Assembly: GCA_013416795.1 (NCBI GenBank)
Contig: RQSC01000397.1
Coordinates: 15,239 to 79,238, forward strand
DNA length: 64,000 nt
Direction: 5' to 3'
DNA from: Prasinococcaceae sp. CCMP 1430
Lineage: Eukaryota > Plantae > Prasinodermophyta
Shown in pieces: positions 56,695 through 64,000 of the stretch. Numbering within the stretch: position 1 is the stretch's first letter; each line of letters opens with the position of its first letter. The position numbers and the translations under genes are program-made. Under the pieces are notes generated by a model that was not told the DNA's origin, made no database searches, and worked only from the letters and a program-made list of their open reading frames with translations.

Positions 56695-58003
56695 NNNNNN
56701 NNNNNNNNNNNNNNNNNNNNNNNNNNNNNNNNNNNNNNNNNNNNNNNNNNNNNNNNNNNNNNNNNNNNNNNNNNNNNNNNNNNNNNNNNNNNNNNNNNNN
56801 NNNNNNNNNNNNNNNNNNNNNNNNNNNNNNNNNNNNNNNNNNNNNNNNNNNNNNNNNNNNNNNNNNNNNNNNNNNNNNNNNNNNNNNNNNNNNNNNNNNN
56901 NNNNNNNNNNNNNNNNNNNNNNNNNNNNNNNNNNNNNNNNNNNNNNNNNNNNNNNNNNNNNNNNNNNNNNNNNNNNNNNNNNNNNNNNNNNNNNNNNNNN
57001 NNNNNNNNNNNNNNNNNNNNNNNNNNNNNNNNNNNNNNNNNNNNNNNNNNNNNNNNNNNNNNNNNNNNNNNNNNNNNNNNNNNNNNNNNNNNNNNNNNNN
57101 NNNNNNNNNNNNNNNNNNNNNNNNNNNNNNNNNNNNNNNNNNNNNNNNNNNNNNNNNNNNNNNNNNNNNNNNNNNNNNNNNNNNNNNNNNNNNNNNNNNN
57201 NNNNNNNNNNNNNNNNNNNNNNNNNNNNNNNNNNNNNNNNNNNNNNNNNNNNNNNNNNNNNNNNNNNNNNNNNNNNNNNNNNNNNNNNNNNNNNNNNNNN
57301 NNNNNNNNNNNNNNNNNNNNNNNNNNNNNNNNNNNNNNNNNNNNNNNNNNNNNNNNNNNNNNNNNNNNNNNNNNNNNNNNNNNNNNNNNNNNNNNNNNNN
57401 NNNNNNNNNNNNNNNNNNNNNNNNNNNNNNNNNNNNNNNNNNNNNNNNNNNNNNNNNNNNNNNNNNNNNNNNNNNNNNNNNNNNNNNNNNNNNNNNNNNN
57501 NNNNNNNNNNNNNNNNNNNNNNNNNNNNNNNNNNNNNNNNNNNNNNNNNNNNNNNNNNNNNNNNNNNNNNNNNNNNNNNNNNNNNNNNNNNNNNNNNNNN
57601 NNNNNNNNNNNNNNNNNNNNNNNNNNNNNNNNNNNNNNNNNNNNNNNNNNNCCGCGCCCGCCTGCCGCCCGCCGCCGCGCCGCGGCGTTGCCGAGTGACC
57701 TCCCTTTCCCCCTAGAGCGGACGAGGCCTCCGGGGCGGGGGAAGGAGAGGGGGCCGGCGACTGAGGCGGGGTTGGGCGGGCGCGGGAGCAGCCGCGGGCT
57801 GCCGGCGGCGCGGAGGGCGCTGCGCCACCTGCTCCGTGTGCAAACCCTCACACAGGCAGAATCCCTGCTCCGTGCGCGTGCTGACGCCCTCTGCCCGCCT
57901 CGCCCACCCACTCCACCCCCATCCACGCTTGCCCCCCTCGCATCGTGCGCGTGCCCACCCACGCCACCGCTCTAATCGACTCGCCGCCCGCCCTCTCGCG
58001 CAG

Positions 58004-59327
58004 GCCGCGCAGAACGCCACTGCGTCTGCGCGCCGTGCCACCGGCGGCAAGAGGCGCTCCGCCGCGCTGCGCGCGGCGCCGGCGCGCGCGGCATCCGCTG
58101 AGGCGGTCGCGACGGGCGTGCAGGCCGAGGTCACCGAGAAGGTACAGACACTCTGCGTGGCATGCGCGTGCGCGCCGGGTGGATGCGCGCGTGCGAGCGC
58201 CTCTGGCCCGGTGCGCAGACGTCAGCGCGGCATAGACACTCGAATGCCCTTGTGTGCGTGCGGGGTGTCGCTGCCTGCATCAGACGTCAATAGGGGGCGC
58301 GGTGGTGCCCCGAGCACACGCTCTTTGAGGTGCCCTAGCTGCTGGCGAGCGCAAAGACACGCGTTGCGAGCCGCGTGGGCAGCTAGTGTGGGCGCCTGCG
58401 TCACACACAGCCGCGTCTTTGCTCCGATGCGCTGACACATGTGCCCTGCTCTGCGCGTGGCCGTTCGGTCGCCGCCGGCATTGGCGTGCGCCGCTGCCGC
58501 TCCGTGTGCTTTTGCGCCTCCAGGTGTACTTCGACCTTGAGGTGGGGGGTGAGAAGCTCGGCCGCGTGGTGATGGGCTTGTACGGCGGCGTGGTGCCACG
58601 CACTGTCGAGAACTTCAAGACGCTGTGCACTGGCGAGAAGGGGTACGGGTACGCTGGCAGTGTGTTCCACCGCGTCATCCCTGAGTTCATGATCCAGGTG
58701 CGTGGGCGCGCGCGCTTGGAGGTGGCGATGGCGCTGAGGAAGGCGCCGCGGCCCGAAGTCCTCGCAGCGCGACGGACGCTGCTGGCGTGGCCAGTCGTCG
58801 CCAGCGCTTCCACACCAGAGCCACCCACGGGCGTACCTTGCTCCCTGCGCAGAGCGGGCCCCTGCGGCGTCTCGGCGCTGACTCCTTTGCCGTGCGCCCT
58901 CACACGCGTTCTCTGTCGCATCAATGTTGCCGCTCGCGTTCATTTTCCTGTCGCTGCCACCCGTCCTCCTCTCTCTCCAAACACCTGTGCGCACACATTG
59001 GACCCCTCGCAGGGCGGCGATTTCACCAACGGCGATGGCACCGGCGGCAAGTCTATCTTCGGCGACAAGTTCGCCGACGAGAACTTCGATCTGAAGCACA
59101 CCGGTCCGGGCGTGCTCTCCATGGCCAACGCGGGCCCCAACACTAACGGCAGCCAGTTCTTCCTGTGCGTGGAGCCCGCCTCGTGGCTGGACGGGCGCCA
59201 CGTTGTCTTCGGGCACGTGCTGGAGGGCTTCGAGTACATCAAGGCCATCGAGAACGAGCCCACCAACCGCCTCGACCGCCCAGAGCGGCCGTGCTCCATC
59301 GCAGCTTGCGGTGCGCTCAGTGAGTAG
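58004..59327 (+). CDS. Cyclophilin PPIase, probably plastid-targeted (exons ~58004-58141, 58524-58697, 59013-59327; first exon uncertain)
   Basis: [68 protein letters not shown]; Ala/Arg-rich leader. Confidence 0.93.
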
Positions 59328-61038
59328 ACTACTAAATACAGACCTGCGAACATTGGAGGGACCTGCCGCGCGAGCATGGCGCTGCGCCGTGCGTACCGCA
59401 GGGCGCGCCCGCGCCCGCGCACGTCTCTGGGCCGGGGTCCCGAGCGCAGCTAGGGAAAGTTTCGGTCGAAACCCAAACTCCAACACCGGTCAAAACGCAT
59501 CGCGAAGTCGCGACTGGCCTTGGAATGTTTGGGGTTTGCCGTTCGCCCGGTCCATGTGATGTCAGGACCGGATCGGAGCCGGCTTTCGCGGATCGGAATT
59601 GGCGACATCCGAAGAGCCCTCTAGCTCTAGGCCGCGGCTCCGATTCGAACCGAGTCTGACCCGGGAAAGTACTCGGAATCACCGGGACTTTCGGTCGATG
59701 GCATCGCTGACCGGGTTCCGAACCGCCCCCCCCCGAATCGCCAGTCGAATGCATCTGCCGAGTCCCTGTGCACTCGAAGCCTCGTTCGGATGGGCGGCGC
59801 TGGGTGCGCGCGCGCATTTGAAAATCCTGAGAGCGCGCGCGCTCTGGACGGTGTGGGGGGTGGGGTGGGGGAGCTGTGCGTGGTGTGTGACTGTGTGTGC
59901 GGAGGGAGGGGAAGATGGTGGGAGATGGTGCTCGGGCTGTGCCATGGGTTGCCGTGCGCAGTCTGGTAAGATGGTAAGATGGTGGTGTGAGATGACCACG
60001 GGAGAGCATGTCGTAGGGCGGGGGAATCGCGGAGTTTGCGGCGCGAAATGCGCCGCGGCGGAAAAAGTGCGCGGCGGCGGCCCAAGCGCGCGCGCTGCCG
60101 GACGACGGGCGGACTGCCAATTCCGCCGCGCAAACGGAAACCGCACGGAAACATCCGAAACGCCCCCGCGGCAAACACACACACACGCGCACACACAGGC
60201 AAACACATCCCGAAAGTTCATCCGCGATGGGTCGGTCGGTCGGCAGGTCCGACGGCCCACGCCCATGCCCAGCCCAGCCCCGGTCTCCTCGGAAGAGGCG
60301 CCCGAACCCCCAACGGCGCGCGGTTTTCGGAGCCGCGCGCGCGCCCGCGCTCCGAATCCGCGCTTCGCTTCGATTTCGCTCCCGCTTCGCACCCCCCTTC
60401 CGCTGCCCTTTTTTGGAAGCTTTTTGGGGTGGCCCTCGACGCGCACGACCGGTGCATTTCGACTGCATTGTTTACGGATTTTGGAGCTTCCATCGCCGGC
60501 CGGTTCGGGAAATCGATCCCGATTTCCCGGCGGGAACCGCGGGCTCGGGACTTACGGAATTAGCGGGAAGCGGTTTTTTAATTCCGGCGTTTCTCCCGGG
60601 ATCGCCGGGATTGACAGCGCGCCGCGGAAGCGCGCGGAACCGCCGACCCGCGCGCAGTCTCCGCGCGCGTGTAGCGCCCGCATCAGTCCGCATGCGGGGC
60701 AAACCCCGCGGAAGGAGGCACGCAGGCGCGGGAGCACCCCCATGCGCGCGCGCGCGCGGCCCGTTGCCGCCGTCGCGTCGCCAAGAGACAGCGGCGGGAG
60801 TGGGAGCGGGGAGAGCGGGCGGAGAGGAGAGCAGGCCAGCCAGCCATCCAATTCACGGCCGGTGGCGCGTCTCGTGGCGCTCGCCCGCCCTCCCGCCGCC
60901 TCGGAGACGCGCACGTGGGGAGGGGGGGGGGGGTCTCGGGGAAGAGAAAGGACCGTCGGGTGGAGGTGCTTAGCTAGGGGGAGACGCGCGGCCCTCGTGG
61001 GCGCGCGGCGGAGGTAGGTGTGGTCCTACGCTCACCCC

Positions 61039-61587
61039 TATTAATCCTGCCGTCGGGCGTCGCGTGCGGCATCGATTCCTAGGTGCCGCAGAGGACGCCC
61101 ATGATGTGACCTCGGGTGCTCACGACCCTGCTCATGAGCGCCGGCCCGCCGGCCCGCTGACCGATGGTCCAGAGGTGGTCCGCGGCGGACTCGAGGGTGG
61201 TTGGACGAGGCCATCACGATCAGTCTGATCACGAGGACTATTCATACCAGAGAGGGTGGCGGAAGAGGGTTCCTGAGGAGGTTGGGATCCGAGAGTTTCA
61301 ACCATTCTGGTCGTATTGAAGTTACAGAGGTTGCAGGGTCGACAGATGTCAAAGCGAAAGGTGCTCGCCGGTCGTCTCCTTGAAAGGCCTATGTTGGAGC
61401 GAAAGATGCCGGCGCGCGCTCTTGCTTGGGTGCGACGCCATTCCATCTTCACCAGCTACGGACCTCTCTCGCCGGGGCTCGGGGGTGTTTCAAAGAGGGA
61501 CACAGCCTTAGCCCTACCCATGGGGCATGGGAGAGTATGCCGCCACACTCACATCCACGCCGCTGACACCAGAATCCGGCTTTTTTT
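61039..61587 (+). ncRNA. Candidate structured non-coding RNA of unknown family
   Basis: TATTAA at 61039, several hairpins (CCCATG/CATGGG, GTGTTTC/GGGACAC, CGCCGGT/GCCGGCG, GAAA loops), T7 run at 61581-61587, no convincing ORF. Confidence 0.35.
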
Positions 61588-63027
61588 GACCCCTGCCCAA
61601 CCCAACTGGCGAGCCCAGAAGTCTTCGCGCCCCCGCCTCCGACGGGAGCGCCGCCCGACGGTGCTTCTGAGCGTGCGCTGCGCGCAGCAGTCAACCCGAG
61701 CCAGTACGCGGGCCCGTGCATACGACGCTCGCAGTGGCAATCCGGTTCCTACATTTGTTGTGATGCAGCGATCGAAAGCCACGCCGGAAAAATGGCCGGC
61801 GGTGGCGCGCCTGTGAAAGGGCTGCTTCCCCTCCTCCACGCGCCGCAGCAGAGCACACGCACGCACCGTGCCCTCACCCGCGCGCGGCAGAGGGGACGAG
61901 CGGCGGACGGACGGACGCCGCGGCGCGCAGCGCCTGCGGGCGCTTGGCGCACGCGCGGCACGCGGCGCCGCGGNNNNNNNNNNNNNNNNNNNNNNNNNNN
62001 NNNNNNNNNNNNNNNNNNNNNNNNNNNNNNNNNNNNNNNNNNNNNNNNNNNNNNNNNNNNNNNNNNNNNNNNNNNNNNNNNNNNNNNNNNNNNNNNNNNN
62101 NNNNNNNNNNNNNNNNNNNNNNNNNNNNNNNNNNNNNNNNNNNNNNNNNNNNNNNNNNNNNNNNNNNNNNNNNNNNNNNNNNNNNNNNNNNNNNNNNNNN
62201 NNNNNNNNNNNNNNNNNNNNNNNNNNNNNNNNNNNNNNNNNNNNNNNNNNNNNNNNNNNNNNNNNNNNNNNNNNNNNNNNNNNNNNNNNNNNNNNNNNNN
62301 NNNNNNNNNNNNNNNNNNNNNNNNNNNNNNNNNNNNNNNNNNNNNNNNNNNNNNNNNNNNNNNNNNNNNNNNNNNNNNNNNNNNNNNNNNNNNNNNNNNN
62401 NNNNNNNNNNNNNNNNNNNNNNNNNNNNNNNNNNNNNNNNNNNNNNNNNNNNNNNNNNNNNNNNNNNNNNNNNNNNNNNNNNNNNNNNNNNNNNNNNNNN
62501 NNNNNNNNNNNNNNNNNNNNNNNNNNNNNNNNNNNNNNNNNNNNNNNNNNNNNNNNNNNNNNNNNNNNNNNNNNNNNNNNNNNNNNNNNNNNNNNNNNNN
62601 NNNNNNNNNNNNNNNNNNNNNNNNNNNNNNNNNNNNNNNNNNNNNNNNNNNNNNNNNNNNNNNNNNNNNNNNNNNNNNNNNNNNNNNNNNNNNNNNNNNN
62701 NNNNNNNNNNNNNNNNNNNNNNNNNNNNNNNNNNNNNNNNNNNNNNNNNNNNNNNNNNNNNNNNNNNNNNNNNNNNNNNNNNNNNNNNNNNNNNNNNNNN
62801 NNNNNNNNNNNNNNNNNNNNNNNNNNNNNNNNNNNNNNNNNNNNNNNNNNNNNNNNNNNNNNNNNNNNNNNNNNNGCGGGTGCACTGCCGCTATGGCGCC
62901 GCTGGCATCGACGCGGCGCCTTTGGCCCGCGAACGAGCGCGCCACCGACCGTGTCCGCTCGCAGCGTGCTGACGGCCCCGCTTGCCGCGCGCGCGCCCGC
63001 GCCCGCGCGCGCGCTGCGTTGCTCCAG

Positions 63028-63315
63028 TGGGCGAAAGCCGTCGCGGGGGCCCTCCAGGCGGCAGGCCACCACGTGGACTACTGCGATCCCTGCAGTGGCA
63101 TGCTGTGCATCAACCGCTCCGTCCAAGCCGTGTACGGCGAGGTCGATGCGCTGACCACGCTGCTGCAGTACAAGACGACCAACACGGGCTGCTGCAAGGT
63201 CGTGCACCACCCCAAGTGGGGCACGGCGGTGTATCCCTCTACGCTCTTCACCACCGCGCCGGTCGACGAGCTTGTGAAGGCCGTCGAGACGGCGGAGACG
63301 CAGCTGAAGCAGTGA
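63028..63315 (+). CDS. MMADHC: MMADHC (cblD)-like cobalamin trafficking protein, last exon; 5' part across gap (possible ATG at 61792)
   Basis: WAKAVAGALQAAGHHVDYCDPCSG, GCCKVVHHPKWGTAVYPSTLFTTAP. Confidence 0.82.
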   Translation, partial: WAKAVAGALQAAGHHVDYCDPCSGMLCINRSVQAVYGEVDALTTLLQYKTTNTGCCKVVHHPKWGTAVYPSTLFTTAPVDELVKAVETAETQLKQ

Positions 63316-64000
63316 GAGGAACCTGGGGTAGAGCGAAGTGTACAGTAGGGCACGAATCACTAGCACACACATGGGGAACTGCGCGCGCAGCCTCCTATCT
63401 CCGACGCCGCCCGCCAGCGCCAGCGCCAGCTGCCTCACACCGACGATCCGCGACACCAGCGCGCCCGGCCGCGCCTCGCGTGCGCGGCAGCCGCCGGCGC
63501 GCGGCAGCAGACCGTCCTCGACGGGCCAGTCGGGCACGAGCAACGCCAACCACGCGGACCTGAGACCCCACCACGCCTCCCGTGCGCCTCACGCGAACAC
63601 GGCATGCCTCCACCCGCGCAGGTGCCGCGGCCCAGCCAGTCGCCGCTGCGAATTGCTGCCTCTTGGCGCCGGTGGCCTCTGGCGCCTCACGGGCGAGCGC
63701 GCGGGCGCGCGCGGGCTCGAGCGCGCCCTCGGAGTCGCCGCGCGCCGGCAGGAGGTCCCGGCCGAGCGCGTCCGCGAGCAGCGCGATCCGCGCCCGCAGC
63801 CGACGAGCGCGCGGCGCGCGCGCGCGCGTGCCCCGACCGCCATCAATCCGCACCCGCCGACGACTTCTTCAGAAGCTTTGGAGCGCCGGCGTGCGTGGCC
63901 GAGCGGCCGAATCTCCGAATCGCCGGGGATTGAATTCGACGCGCGCCCGCGCCCGCACGAGGGACAAAGGCACGCGTCGGGCGCGCCGCGCCGCGCGGAC

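Noticed and set aside
59540-59720. GTGATGT...CTGA pair and small hairpins in intergenic DNA
   Set aside because: No convincing box C/D organisation or known RNA motif; compatible with chance.
61098-61162. ATGATGT...CTGA as a stand-alone C/D snoRNA
   Set aside because: Imperfect C box, no terminal stem and no recognisable rRNA-complementary guide; kept only as part of the larger ncRNA candidate.
61240-61290. ATACCAGAGAGGGTGG resembles the start of a SAM-I riboswitch
   Set aside because: No GCAAC or closing P1 (GAU) element, and SAM-I riboswitches are not known from eukaryotic nuclei.
61074-61330. ATTCCTA and AACCAT resemble snR30/U17 m1 and m2 motifs
   Set aside because: They are ~225 nt apart and the ACA spacing does not fit the U17 3' hairpin.
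1-64000. Hundreds of long overlapping Ala/Arg/Pro-rich ORFs in the six-frame track
   Set aside because: Shadow ORFs expected at this GC content; they lie antisense or out of frame to recognisable genes, and several only exist by running through N-gaps.
1-64000. CRISPR arrays, transposase/RT ORFs, tRNA, rRNA, viral insertions
   Set aside because: No regularly spaced repeats, catalytic motifs, cloverleaf or rRNA signatures were seen.

Overview
High-GC eukaryotic nuclear DNA with seven N-gaps. It is gene-dense, has short GT-AG introns (frequent GTGCG donors, CGCAG acceptors) and UGUAA-type poly(A) signals. The gene content (LPA1, plastid SLH protein, AP2 factor, selenoprotein with SECIS, MMADHC) points to an early-diverging green alga; this is inferred, not identified. 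About 26 protein-coding genes are supported by eye: VPS13 (3' part), selenoprotein K, PP4R1, UAA-family nucleotide-sugar transporter, GatA, SLH protein, RPT4, LPA1, TLS1/C9orf78, COX15, a SPRY/U-box E3 ligase, a methyltransferase-like membrane protein, SFC1, an atypical NDP kinase, NOL11/Utp8-like, a double-AP2 factor, a secreted LRR protein, a YUCCA-like FMO, AlkB-like dioxygenase, CWF19L1, AP-2 sigma, RAB3GAP1, a cyclase/KynB-like hydrolase, an At5g03900-like protein, cyclophilin and MMADHC. No rRNA, tRNA, CRISPR array or transposase was recognised. Best leads: (1) a UGA-recoded SelK with a canonical SECIS that the ORF track truncates; (2) an unassigned, hairpin-rich ~500-nt segment between a TATA-like box and a T7 run (candidate Pol III ncRNA); (3) an RKP/KPC1-like ligase ending in a U-box instead of a RING; (4) an ATGA-overlapping gene pair that may be bicistronic; (5) a small GACTAGTC inverted-repeat element recurring at gene 3' ends. 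All family calls come from motif recognition; no database searches were run.
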